Source: Candidatus Omnitrophota bacterium
Lineage (GTDB): Bacteria > Omnitrophota > Omnitrophia > Omnitrophales > Aquincolibacteriaceae
DNA: 64,000 bases
Assembly (NCBI GenBank): GCA_903856085.1
Contig: CAIOAT010000050.1
Span: forward strand, 422-64,421
Reading direction: 5' to 3'
Both the position numbers and the translations under genes were made by a program. The notes below the pieces were generated by a model, which was not told the DNA's origin, ran no database searches, and saw only the letters and a program-made list of their open reading frames with translations. This document shows positions 39,723-50,300 of this stretch, piece by piece. Position 1 is the stretch's first letter; every line of letters begins with the position of its first letter.

Positions 39723-41915
39723 ATGCGAAAAGCACTTTCTTATATCATCCCCTCGTTGATCCTCTTCGGCGTGCTGGCACTCCAGTACAGTTTTCCGTCA
39801 CAGATCGAATCCTTCCGCGCCAAAGTCTTCGACGTTTTCCAGATGATCAAACCTCGCGTTTATCAGGATACGCCCGTACGCATCATTGATATCGATGATG
39901 AGAGCCTGGAAAAGATCGGACAATGGCCCTGGCCGCGGACGATCCTGGCAAAACTCGTCTCCCGTCTCGCGACTAGCGGTGCCACGGTAATTTCCTTTGA
40001 TGGCGTTTTCCCAGAGTCCGACCGCACTTCCCCACAAAATATGCTCCCGATCTGGGCGGAAGGAGCAACCAGCGAGCTTTTGCGCGCCCAGCTTGAAATG
40101 ATCCCGGACCACGACACGGCGTTCGCGGAAGCCATTTCGCAGGCGCCCGTCGTCCTAGCCTTTGGACTCACAAACGAACCGCACAAAAAACTGCCGGCAT
40201 TAAAAACAGGTTTCCTGGAACACGGCGCAGGCAAGGACCGAGCTGTCGATCATGTATGGCCCATCTTTAAAGGAGCGGTTGTAAGTCTCCCTATTTTGGA
40301 AAAAGCCGCGCGCGGGAACGGCTGCTTTAATATGGGCCTGGAATGGGACCAGATCGTGCGGCGCGTCCCGGCGCTTTTCAGGCTGGACGATACGCTCTAT
40401 CCGGCCCTGGTTCTTGAGACAATGCGTATTTTTCAGGGCGCTTCAGCTTACAAGATCACTATGGCCGGCGCGACAGGCGAAACCTCGTTTGGAGAAAAAA
40501 CCGGCATCGTAGGCATCAAGGCCGGACTTCTGGAGATCCCCACCGACGCGCTTGGAAGGATTTGGCTTTATGACACCGGATACAAGCGAGAGCGGTTCAT
40601 CCCCGCTTGGAAGATCCTCGCGGCGAGTGCCCCGCTCGCAGAATTAAAAGAAAAAATCCTTTTCATCGGGTCAAGCGCCATGGCTTTAAAAGACCTGCGC
40701 GCCACGCCCCTCAATCCCCTTTCATCCGGTGTTGAGGTCCAAACACAGATCGTCGAGCAAATGTTCCTCGGGGATTTTCTGGAACGGCCCGACTGGGCAG
40801 CAGGGCTGGAATTCACTTACCTGACTTTACTGGGCATCCTGCTTATTTTGATCCTGCCCATGGCCGGGGCCATACGCTGTGCCGTGATCGCTTTCCTGGC
40901 CATCGCCTCTGCATTTGGATTTTCCTGGTATGCGTTCGTCCACTGGCATTTTTTGATCGATCCTGTTTTTCCATCCTTCGCTGTTTTTTTGATCTACCTG
41001 GCATCGTCATTTCTTAATTTCCTTGGCACCGAACGGGAACGCGGCCATATCCGCGGCGCCTTCGGCCGGTATCTTTCTCCCGCGCTCGTCGAAAAACTCG
41101 CCAAGAACCCCAAGCAGCTCAAGCTGGGCGGCGAGATGCGCCCCATGACATTCCTCTTTATGGATATCCGCAATTTCACCGGGATCGCGGAAAAGTTCAC
41201 GCCCGAGGAGCTGACCCAATTCATGAACGGTTTCCTCACCCCCATGACCGATATCATCCTTCAATTCGGCGGCACGATCGACAAGTACATGGGCGACTGC
41301 ATCATGGCGTTTTGGAACGCGCCCTTTGAAGACGAAGGCCATGCCTTACACGCCTGCCAATCGGCTTTGGCCATGCAGCAGTTTCTCCGGGCCACACCTG
41401 GCTTCGAAGAGATTCGCGTCGGGATCGGCATCAATAGCGGAAATGCCTGCGTCGGGAACATGGGCTCCGAACAGCGTTTTGATTACACGGCGCTCGGCGA
41501 TGCAGTGAACCTGGCTTCCAGGATCGAGGGACTTTCCAAAAATTACGGCACCGCGACCCTTGTGGGCCAGAACACCGTCGAGGCGACGCAAGAATTCGCG
41601 ACATTGGAGATCGATCTCATCCGAGTCAAGGGGAAGACAAAACCCGTTAAGATCTTCGCGCTTTTGGGAGATACCGAGTTGAAGAACCAGCCACTTTTCA
41701 GAGAAGTACGCGGGCATTTTGAAACGATGCTTGCGGCGTATCGAAATCAACGGTGGGAAGAAGCTGAGAAATCCTTAGAGAATTGCCGCCGCATCACGTT
41801 GCCCAATATCGACCTTGGCGTGCTCTACGAACTTTACGTCTCACGCATTCTCTCTTACAAGATCAATCCCCCGGTTCCCCAATGGGACGGCGTCACGATC
41901 GCTGATTCAAAATAA
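39723..41915 (+). CDS. CHASE2 sensor-domain class III adenylate/guanylate cyclase
   Basis: An N-terminal TM, an extracytoplasmic CHASE2 domain, TM helices, then the cyclase catalytic core FLFMDIRNFTGIAEK and GDCIMAFWNAP. Confidence 0.85.
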   Translation: MRKALSYIIPSLILFGVLALQYSFPSQIESFRAKVFDVFQMIKPRVYQDTPVRIIDIDDESLEKIGQWPWPRTILAKLVSRLATSGATVISFDGVFPESDRTSPQNMLPIWAEGATSELLRAQLEMIPDHDTAFAEAISQAPVVLAFGLTNEPHKKLPALKTGFLEHGAGKDRAVDHVWPIFKGAVVSLPILEKAARGNGCFNMGLEWDQIVRRVPALFRLDDTLYPALVLETMRIFQGASAYKITMAGATGETSFGEKTGIVGIKAGLLEIPTDALGRIWLYDTGYKRERFIPAWKILAASAPLAELKEKILFIGSSAMALKDLRATPLNPLSSGVEVQTQIVEQMFLGDFLERPDWAAGLEFTYLTLLGILLILILPMAGAIRCAVIAFLAIASAFGFSWYAFVHWHFLIDPVFPSFAVFLIYLASSFLNFLGTERERGHIRGAFGRYLSPALVEKLAKNPKQLKLGGEMRPMTFLFMDIRNFTGIAEKFTPEELTQFMNGFLTPMTDIILQFGGTIDKYMGDCIMAFWNAPFEDEGHALHACQSALAMQQFLRATPGFEEIRVGIGINSGNACVGNMGSEQRFDYTALGDAVNLASRIEGLSKNYGTATLVGQNTVEATQEFATLEIDLIRVKGKTKPVKIFALLGDTELKNQPLFREVRGHFETMLAAYRNQRWEEAEKSLENCRRITLPNIDLGVLYELYVSRILSYKINPPVPQWDGVTIADSK

Positions 41916-41920
41916 AAAGA

Positions 41921-41957
41921 GGCGGACTGAGTTATTCGATCAGCCCGCCCCTTTTTT
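41921..41957. terminator. Bidirectional Rho-independent terminator
   Basis: The stem GGCGGACTGA/TCAGCCCGCC is flanked by an A-run and a T-run, between the convergent cyclase and FecR genes. Confidence 0.6.
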
Positions 41958-41973
41958 AAAAAACTGCGCTATC

Positions 41974-42474
41974 CTACCGATGAGTCGCTGCTTCTCCTGT
42001 GGAAGTGTGAGCGCGGTCCTTTGCTGCTTCCTGACTCTTTTGGTCCAACTCATCCAAACCATTGAGGAGAGCCGCGGTTTCGGCCACGTCCTCTTGTTTT
42101 CTTTGCGCCATCTTGCCGGACACAGCCCTGAAGATCCCCTTCACCATGCCAGCCTTGTCCCCAGCATTCCCGGGATCATAGACAAATTCATCAACCGTAA
42201 TCGTACTCAAGGGACCAAGCGAAAAAACCGTCTTGTCCAAGAGCAGGATCTGCAACTGGCTGCCCGCACCGGTCTCGATCTTGTCTCCCATAAAGATCTT
42301 ATCCCCATCCTTTAACGGATGGGAAACTCTCTCCGGTGGCGTCGTGGCCTTGACTTCACCTCTCACCGCCGCCGCCTCGCCCGCCTGCACCGATCCAACC
42401 ACTTCAGCAAATAAATTCCCGCAGATGCCTACCTCGGAGGTAAAAAGAAAAATCAAGAAGATGATTTTTTTCAT
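41974..42474 (-). CDS. FecR-domain secreted protein, paralog 1
   Basis: A signal peptide and the FecR-like core GDKIETGAGSQLQILLLDKTVFSLGPLS. Confidence 0.65.
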   Translation of the reverse strand: MKKIIFLIFLFTSEVGICGNLFAEVVGSVQAGEAAAVRGEVKATTPPERVSHPLKDGDKIFMGDKIETGAGSQLQILLLDKTVFSLGPLSTITVDEFVYDPGNAGDKAGMVKGIFRAVSGKMAQRKQEDVAETAALLNGLDELDQKSQEAAKDRAHTSTGEAATHR

Positions 42475-42660
42475 GAGTAGTCCTTTAATTTTTCGCATCG
42501 TCATTGCGAGGAGCCAAAAGGGACGACGTGGCAATCCTTTCCTTCCAAAGAATGATTACTTCCCGAGCTTTTTTTCGAAAAAAAAGCACGTTCGCGACAA
42601 ATTTATGGCTAGGAATTTATAGAAACTCATGAAACCGCGTCTAGCCCCTTACTTTTATTA

Positions 42661-43536
42661 TTACGTCGGCGGCTTATACGAAGGCGGTTTTTCTTGCTTC
42701 TTATCTTCTTCGGCAGCAGCAGCATTATTACGAGCCTCGTCCTGGGCATTATCATCCGTGTGCTGATTCATGACGTCCATGGTGTTGAGAATATCAATAA
42801 GCTCCTGGGTATCCACGCTGGTATCGGCCGGAAGATTCGTATCCACTCCGCTTTCTCCAGTCCCAGTGTTGGTCTGACCGAGAGCTTCAGTGATCCTATC
42901 CAGATCCGCCTGTGAAACCCGGAACACCGGAACGGGACTTCTGTTCGGTCCGTCCACGATCGTGGCATTCCCTGCTTTATCGATATCCACACCGACGACC
43001 TCGCCGTTGACGGTATTGGTCACATAAATGCGGCCCATGCCGACCGGGCCCAGCAAAACGATCATCGTTTTTTGTCCATCAATGATCCCGCCCACGTTCG
43101 TGCCGCGGAAACCGATCGAGCCCGCCGGAAGATCGACGGACATGTTCTTGGGATCTTTGTGCGCTACTTTGCCCGACACGACGCGAAAGATCCCCTTCAG
43201 CATGCTGGCCTTGACCTTACCGCTATCGTTCGTCGGGTCAAACACAAATTCGTCGATCGTGATCGCGCTCAAAGGCCCGAGCGTAAAGACTGTCTGGTCC
43301 AGAAGCAGGATCTGCAACTTCCCGTTTTTCTCTGTCTCAATCTTATCCCCCATCAGCACCGAATCCCCGCTTTTCAAAGTACGCGCCGAAGAACCTGCCG
43401 TGGTAATTTTCACTTCACCTTGAACCGCCGCCGCCACGCCGGCCTGAGCGGTGCCCGATGATTTCGCCCATAAGAGTCCGGCCCCCAGAAAAAAAATGGT
43501 AAGCGCGAAGGATCCCGCGAGAATGATCTTTTTCAT
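42661..43536 (-). CDS. FecR-domain secreted protein, paralog 2, with an acidic C-terminal tail
   Basis: About 55% identical to paralog 1 over the FecR core. Confidence 0.65.
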   Translation of the reverse strand: MKKIILAGSFALTIFFLGAGLLWAKSSGTAQAGVAAAVQGEVKITTAGSSARTLKSGDSVLMGDKIETEKNGKLQILLLDQTVFTLGPLSAITIDEFVFDPTNDSGKVKASMLKGIFRVVSGKVAHKDPKNMSVDLPAGSIGFRGTNVGGIIDGQKTMIVLLGPVGMGRIYVTNTVNGEVVGVDIDKAGNATIVDGPNRSPVPVFRVSQADLDRITEALGQTNTGTGESGVDTNLPADTSVDTQELIDILNTMDVMNQHTDDNAQDEARNNAAAAEEDKKQEKPPSYKPPT

Positions 43537-43538
43537 AT

Positions 43539-44966
43539 TTAGAACTCCCATCGTTTGCTTAAAAGACACTGAAACTTGTTGTTGCCGTAGGTGTAGTTGG
43601 TGATATTGGAAAGCGCATGATAATACTCATACGTGCCGGTAAAAAGAATGTCTTTGAACGGCTTCGGGAGGATCTTTCCGATGAGGAGAGTCGTAAGCGG
43701 CGCGCCGTAGGTGATGCGATACCTTATGGTTTTGTCGTGACGATGACGGCCCGAGACAGAAAACTCAGGACTCTCGTAATCATCCGCATAGTAGTTGAAG
43801 GTGTTGATCAGGAATTGCTGCTTTTTCAAAAACCAGGTGTGGGTATTGTTGATCGAGAAACGGTTAAAGGCATTGTAGTCCTGTTTCGCATATTTATCGC
43901 CATACCCGAGACTGCTCGTCCATTTCATCGCCGGCGTAAACCAATAACTAGCGCCCCACGCGTAATCGAACTCAGGACCCTTGCGATCGGTCGCATTGTT
44001 ATTTTCTGAAATATTCATGTAATCCTGACGCTCGGCCCGAAAGTTAAAGAACGCGTTAAGATCTTTGGTGAAATCGTGGTCAAAAAATAAATTGCCACCC
44101 TGGGTCCGGAGAAAGCTTTGCGAAGAAAGAAGAATATTGCTGGCAACAAAGGACGGCGTGAAATTCACATATTGTCCTTTGTACGTGCCGCCAACCTCGT
44201 ACTGAAACGAACCGAGATCGAGGGAATGCAGGTTCGTCTGTTCCTGGAGATAATAAGTGAAAGATCCGAAAACCGAGTGTCCTTCCTTGAAACCGAGGTC
44301 ATGAGTGACGTTCACATCGCTCACATTAAGAAAGTTCGTGTCCGCCCGTCGTCTGTCAGAAGCAGGATTGGCCACCATAAGGTCATTGACGAGCTGAGAT
44401 TTGGAATGCGGCGCGGCATTACGGTTCGTGTCGTAGCCCCATCCGACGCTCTCCCGAAGGCTCACGCGGGTACGCTTTTTCTTGACCTTGATATTCTTCT
44501 CATAATAGTCGGTTTCGGCCTTGATCTTTGAGGTCAGCGTCATGCCTCTGAGAATACCGATTTCCTTTAGAGCTCCATCCCAATTGGACGACTTGTAGAG
44601 GACGGCCACATAGAGAATACGGACATCGGCGAGATTCGGGCTGACAAGCAATACCCGTTCGACCGTGGCCGAAGCTCCTTGATAGTCGCCCCGAGCGATC
44701 AGCTCCTTGGCATAACGGATATTGAGATCGACGTTATCCGGATCCTTGAGGATATCCTGAAAAGTCACCCCAGTCTTATACTGCTCCTGAAAAGTGGCGC
44801 CTTTGGAACCCTCGGCCGCTCTAGCGGACTGTTTTTCAGCCCGGGTCTCACGACGCATACGCTGAACCTCGTTTTCGAGATCCTCCGCGAAAGAGACGGC
44901 GTTAAACATAAACAGAAAAAATATAACGAGAGCGAGGAGCTTCAGAGGAGATCTTGAGCGCATCAT
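43539..44966 (-). CDS. Outer-membrane protein: N-terminal TPR-like region plus C-terminal beta-barrel (DUF560/Slam-like architecture)
   Basis: Signal peptide ...FNAVSFA|ED, TPR-like helices, then alternating aromatic beta-strands ending in ...KRWEF. A 2-nt gap separates it from the downstream FecR gene. Confidence 0.5.
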   Translation of the reverse strand: MMRSRSPLKLLALVIFFLFMFNAVSFAEDLENEVQRMRRETRAEKQSARAAEGSKGATFQEQYKTGVTFQDILKDPDNVDLNIRYAKELIARGDYQGASATVERVLLVSPNLADVRILYVAVLYKSSNWDGALKEIGILRGMTLTSKIKAETDYYEKNIKVKKKRTRVSLRESVGWGYDTNRNAAPHSKSQLVNDLMVANPASDRRRADTNFLNVSDVNVTHDLGFKEGHSVFGSFTYYLQEQTNLHSLDLGSFQYEVGGTYKGQYVNFTPSFVASNILLSSQSFLRTQGGNLFFDHDFTKDLNAFFNFRAERQDYMNISENNNATDRKGPEFDYAWGASYWFTPAMKWTSSLGYGDKYAKQDYNAFNRFSINNTHTWFLKKQQFLINTFNYYADDYESPEFSVSGRHRHDKTIRYRITYGAPLTTLLIGKILPKPFKDILFTGTYEYYHALSNITNYTYGNNKFQCLLSKRWEF

Positions 44967-45277
44967 CTGCCTTTCCTTTTTCGGAAAACGGTTATGACGG
45001 TCTTTACGGCGAAAAAACAAATTCTGGAGATTCTCGGCAAACCTTTAATGCGGCGTAGTTTACCTTTCGCGTGCCGGAAAAGCAACTTTCAATACTGGAT
45101 GAAGGAAGTAGGCTGACACATGAAGTACAGCAGAAGCCACCGGTTAAACGCCATCCTTCATCCTTCTTTCTTCAGCCTCCATCCCACATCCTATATCCTT
45201 AGAATACCGCACGGTGCTCTTCGTTACTCTGATGGATTTATGAGCCTTCATCCAAAAAAATAAGTTATACTGTCAAC

Positions 45278-47329
45278 ATGTCTAATTCTCCATCAGACAA
45301 TTCGAAAATTAATGGGGCTAGTCCTGGCAATCTTCTTCCAAAAAAAAATAGCGGCCAGGGCATGTCATTCCAATTGGACCCGTTCCAAGTACAAGCCATA
45401 GAGTGGATCGAAAAAGAGCAATCGCTGCTTGTCTCAGCGCCCACGGGCTCCGGAAAAACGCTGATTGCCGAAAGAGCTGTCGAAAAAGCTCTCGCACGCG
45501 GCGAACGGGTCATTTACACCGCCCCGATCAAAGCCCTGAGTAATCAGAAATTCCGAGACTTCCAAGAACGTTTCGGTAAAGAAACGGTCGGCATCTTGAC
45601 CGGCGACGTCTCGATCAATTCCGATGCACCGCTCCTCATCATGACCACGGAAATTTACAGGAATTGCCTTTTCGAGAACACCGAACGTATCCAAAAGATC
45701 GGTTGGGTCATTTTTGACGAGGTCCATTATCTGGATGACCCGCAACGCGGCACGGTCTGGGAAGAAGCGCTCCTTTTCACCCCGCCCGAGATTCGGATCC
45801 TCGCACTAAGCGCCACAATCCCGAACGTCCAGGAACTCGCATCCTGGATCCGGCAGATCCACCAGCGCCCCATCGCCGTGATCGAGGAGGCCCATCGCCC
45901 GGTTCCGCTCCATTTTCTTTTTCAATGCCAAGGGAAGATCCTTACGAACACGAAATCACTTCGCAAGGAAGGCTATCTTCAGCGCGATAATTGGCAGCTT
46001 TCCATGCGGGAAAGACGCCGTGGATGGCAGCCCCCCCGCGCGCGGCCCAACCGCCTTCATGACATGATCAAATACTTGATCGATCAGGATCAGCTACCGG
46101 CCATTTATTTCGCTTTCGGACGCAAGCGCACGGCTATGCTTGCTTGGGAAGTGGCGCATTTTGACCTTATGCGAGATGCGGAGCGCCGCCAGATCCGGAC
46201 CCTTTATGATGAACTCCTGGCACGCTACGACCTGGCCGGAGACAAGACTGCCGAAGAAATACGGCCGCTCATCGAGCAAGGCATCGCCTACCATCACGCG
46301 GGTATGCTCCCCACCTTAAAAGAGGTCATCGAGCGGCTTTTCACCAGCCGCTTGCTCAAACTCATCTTCACCACCGAGACCTTCGCTCTAGGGATCAACA
46401 TGCCGGCACGCACCGTCGTTTTTGATGAACTTGAAAAATTCTATGGTATGGGATTCAAACCGCTCACCACACGGGATTTCTTTCAGATGGCCGGACGCGC
46501 CGGGCGGCGCGGCATGGACTCGGAAGGCTTTGTCTATTGCCGTATCCATCCGAACGATATCGCATTCCCGGAAGTGGAGCGCATTCTTTACGGAAAACCG
46601 GAGCCTGTGCGCAGTCAGCTGAACGCCACTTACGCGACTCTACTAAACCTTTACAAAATGCTCGGCCACAAGCTTCTTGAGATCTATCCCCGGTCTTTCC
46701 ATTTTTTCCAGTCTTCCAAGCGTAAACGCGACGAAGGGCTCGATCTCTTGAAGAACAAACTCGCCCTTCTGCAGGAGATGGGCTATATCACGGATCAAGG
46801 AACCACGGACACGCAAGGCGTCCTCACCGTCAAAGGAGAATTCGCGGCCTCGATCTTCGGCTTTGAGCTGCTCCTCACCGAAATGTACACGGACGGCGCG
46901 CTGGAGCAGTTGGATGAGGCAAAATTGAACGTCTTTCTGGCAGGGCTGATCTTCGAGCCCCGGAAGAACGATGAAGCCCCGCGGCTCGGTAAAGACCACG
47001 CCGAACTTCTCAAGTTGACGCAGCATTACCACCGTATGATCTTCAAGTGGGAATCTAATTTCCGCGTCACACCGCCCACCAAGCCTCCCTATTTTCATCT
47101 CGCCCGTGCCGTCGAGGCGTGGACGCACGGCAAAGATTTCGAGCATATCTGCAAACTCACCTCGGAAGACGAAGGAAGCCTGGTCCGCTATATCCGGATG
47201 GTGATCCAATTGCTGCGGGAGATCGCAAACGCGCCGCACGCCTCTGAAGGACTCAAGGCCAAGGCAAGACGCGCGCGGGAAATGATCGATCGCGATGTGG
47301 TAGACGCGGAAAAACAATTGCGGATCTGA
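45278..47329 (+). CDS. Ski2/HelY-like DEVH-box SF2 helicase with a C-terminal DSHCT domain
   Basis: Motif I APTGSGKT, motif II DEVH and motif VI QMAGRAGRRG. The C-terminal DSHCT-like segment reads WTHGKDFEHICKLTSEDEGSLVRYIRMVIQLLREI. Confidence 0.8.
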   Translation: MSNSPSDNSKINGASPGNLLPKKNSGQGMSFQLDPFQVQAIEWIEKEQSLLVSAPTGSGKTLIAERAVEKALARGERVIYTAPIKALSNQKFRDFQERFGKETVGILTGDVSINSDAPLLIMTTEIYRNCLFENTERIQKIGWVIFDEVHYLDDPQRGTVWEEALLFTPPEIRILALSATIPNVQELASWIRQIHQRPIAVIEEAHRPVPLHFLFQCQGKILTNTKSLRKEGYLQRDNWQLSMRERRRGWQPPRARPNRLHDMIKYLIDQDQLPAIYFAFGRKRTAMLAWEVAHFDLMRDAERRQIRTLYDELLARYDLAGDKTAEEIRPLIEQGIAYHHAGMLPTLKEVIERLFTSRLLKLIFTTETFALGINMPARTVVFDELEKFYGMGFKPLTTRDFFQMAGRAGRRGMDSEGFVYCRIHPNDIAFPEVERILYGKPEPVRSQLNATYATLLNLYKMLGHKLLEIYPRSFHFFQSSKRKRDEGLDLLKNKLALLQEMGYITDQGTTDTQGVLTVKGEFAASIFGFELLLTEMYTDGALEQLDEAKLNVFLAGLIFEPRKNDEAPRLGKDHAELLKLTQHYHRMIFKWESNFRVTPPTKPPYFHLARAVEAWTHGKDFEHICKLTSEDEGSLVRYIRMVIQLLREIANAPHASEGLKAKARRAREMIDRDVVDAEKQLRI

Positions 47330-47343
47330 AAAGCCAGGCTTGC

Positions 47344-50300
47344 TTACTTTTTAATTTTCACTTCTTCTTCGATCAGCCCTGCTTTTTTGTCGTCTTCAAG
47401 AATTTCTTCAAGAATGATCGGGAGTTTCCACTTTTCAATGCGGCAAACCGTATCGTAAGGACAAAAGGATTCACAGTCCCGTGGCCGCACCGGGACCTTG
47501 GACTCTTCAATCTCTTTGACGAACTTTCTAACGAATACTAACGACCGGGCCAGGACCTTTTGGAACACTTCATCCGGGAGCTGGGACCGGGAAGAAAACT
47601 CTTTTTCGAACAACTGAGCGATTCCTTCGCAGTAAAAACCGCTCCGCTTAGGATCGCGAATGGAATAGATCTCGGCACCAAGCGGCATAAACCCCAGCTG
47701 TTTTTGCACAGCCAGAAGATAAAGCGGTAGCTGAAGCGCGGTCCCAAGCGCTAGATTCGCGGCCTTGAACTTTGCGGATCGCTTGTAATCGATCACCACG
47801 GCGAACTTCTTCCCCGCGTCCGTATCGATCCGGTCCACGCGCCCGCGCAATTTTATTTTTCCGCCTTTCCCTTCGTCGTCGATCTCAAGCGCCGGCCGAT
47901 CATTTTCCCCGAAATCTCCGAAAGAATATTCCACACGGCACGGTTTGAATGGAGAACTTCTCAATCTCTCAGTCTCATAGTTGATAAAATTCAAAAGCAT
48001 CTCGAACAATTCACGGCGATCAAGAGCTTCCTCGTAGGGCTCCGTCCATATCATGGGATGCTGCCTCAGGCCTTCCTCCATTTCGCGGCCGATGAATGCT
48101 TCAAGAGCTTCCTCCGGATTTTTCTTTTTTTTCGGATCAAAATATTGTTGGAGCACATGATGCAGGATGCTTCCTTTTTGCATCGCCCGGATATCTCCGC
48201 CTTCATCTTTCAACTTGAGAACTTTGTCGGCAAAATAACGGAAAGGACATTTAGCATAAGTCTCAAGTCGCGTCGGGCTCGTTTCAGGGATCTCAAAATA
48301 TCCTCCTTTTAGGATCCTCTCATCCAAGATCTTCGCCTCAACAGGCTTCAAAGCGGAAAGCAAACGGTCACGGCTTTGCGGATCTCCGGAAAGTTGCTCC
48401 AACGCCTCGCGCACATCAACCTCCCGGCCCCTCGTATTTCGAAGAGCGCCGACGACTGAAGCTTCCAACTCCCGCCGCGTAATCGCCTCGCTAGCCGCGG
48501 GGAAAGGTCGCGAAAGGTCCTGGCGTATCACAGGAACTTTATTCTCAAAGAGATCTTTCACTTCTTCAAGGTAGAAGGATGGCAGGGATTCTTTCCCTTC
48601 AAAGTCCAGATGAGGATAACTTAAAAAGAGCCGCTCCTTTGCTCGTGTGATCGCCAAATAAAAAAAGAATCTCTCGATATTCTGCCGGGGCAGACACTCA
48701 GCAAGCGGATGCTTCATGCCGCCATTCATCAACTTCCGCTCCCAATCCGAGAGCAGCGGATCTTCTCGAACTTGCATGGGGAACACTTTTTCAAGGAGGC
48801 CTGCCACGAATACAACCTTATATTCTTTCTGCCGGGCCAGCGAGACGTCGTAAACCTGCACGCGGTTCTTGTCGCGTTCGTGAAGTGAATACACATCCAA
48901 TTCCACAAGACCTAGGAAATGGTCCGAAAAACTTTCAAAAGAGATCTCTGAAACCTTGGCTTTCATGAAATAACTTTGGATTTCATCAAGCAAAGCCTCA
49001 AACCTTTTGACGCAAGCCGCATCTCGACGCGTAAAAGATGTGTAGCAGTCGCTCACTTCCAGAATCCCAAAAGTGTCATACACCGCCCGCTTGAAAATCC
49101 GGATATGCTCTTCCGCAGTCTTTGCCGTCCGGAACCGGTCCTCAAGTTCCATGAGGGCCTGAAGGGTTTCCTCCTTGCGCTGATTGAATACGGAAAGCCC
49201 CTCGGGTTCTCCCCGCTTCCAAGCCAAAAGCCAGGCATCGCGCGTGCCTGCAACGCCTTCCAGGAACGACCGCCGTTCAAACTCGACGAGCCACTCATCG
49301 TCTTTGGCCTTGCCCTGGCATCTGTTTTTTTCTGTTTGAAGGTTGCCAAGGCTATTCCAATCAACCTCTGGACCTTTTGATTGAGAAGTGGAATTGTCTT
49401 TTCCAAAGCGACGCGTATAGCCCGACTTCAGGAAAGCGAAAACATCCTCCCGCTGCCAAGCATTACGGAAAATGGAAAGAAGCGACACTGTCGCGGCGAT
49501 CCAAGAAGAGAATTTCAAACGATCGCGTTCATGGATCTCCGCCGGGATCCCATAACGCGAGAAGACCGAGGCAATGACCGGCGCGTAATGCCGGATCTGG
49601 CGAAACAGCACCGCAAAATCGCTGTAGCGATAATCCCCTGTTGCATAAAGCTTGTGGATCTGACGCGCGATGAGCTCGATCTCGCCTTCGGTCCCAATAG
49701 CATCAAGCATCACGATTTCCTGCCCCGGTTCCGGCACCGGGCTTGAATACTTTTGAGTGAAAATATTTTTCTGAAGAAACAGAAGCGCCTTCTTTTCCGT
49801 GCGGTACGATTGCGGTTTCATGGTTTGCACCTTAAAACCGATCTTCTCAAGATCCTGCTGGGTCCGGCTCACCGCCTCGAAGGCGTCCTCTCGGTCTTGG
49901 TTTGGATCCTCTTGGGTAAGCGTGATCGTGATGTTCTCCGTGATTGCGGAAAGCTCCCGGAGATATTCCAGCTGAAGGTTGGAAAAATCGAAGAACCCGT
50001 CGATCCAAATCGCCTTGAAGCGCGCGGTCAAAGGCTCTGTCTTTGTTTTGCGTTCCCGAAAAATACGGAGAGCATCCTGCCCGTCCCTGAGTCTCCGGGT
50101 TTCCAACTGGGCCTCATACTGTTCATAGAAATCGGCAAGCGCTTCATACTTCACGCCATAAGCCGGTTCAAAACCCTTGAGTGCGTTCATACGTTCACGA
50201 AAGATCTCTGGAGGGACACAGGATTCTTTAAGCTCAGAAATAAACTGCGCCATCAGGCCTAGGAATCCCGGCTGCTCAGACACTTCGGAAAAATAATCCC

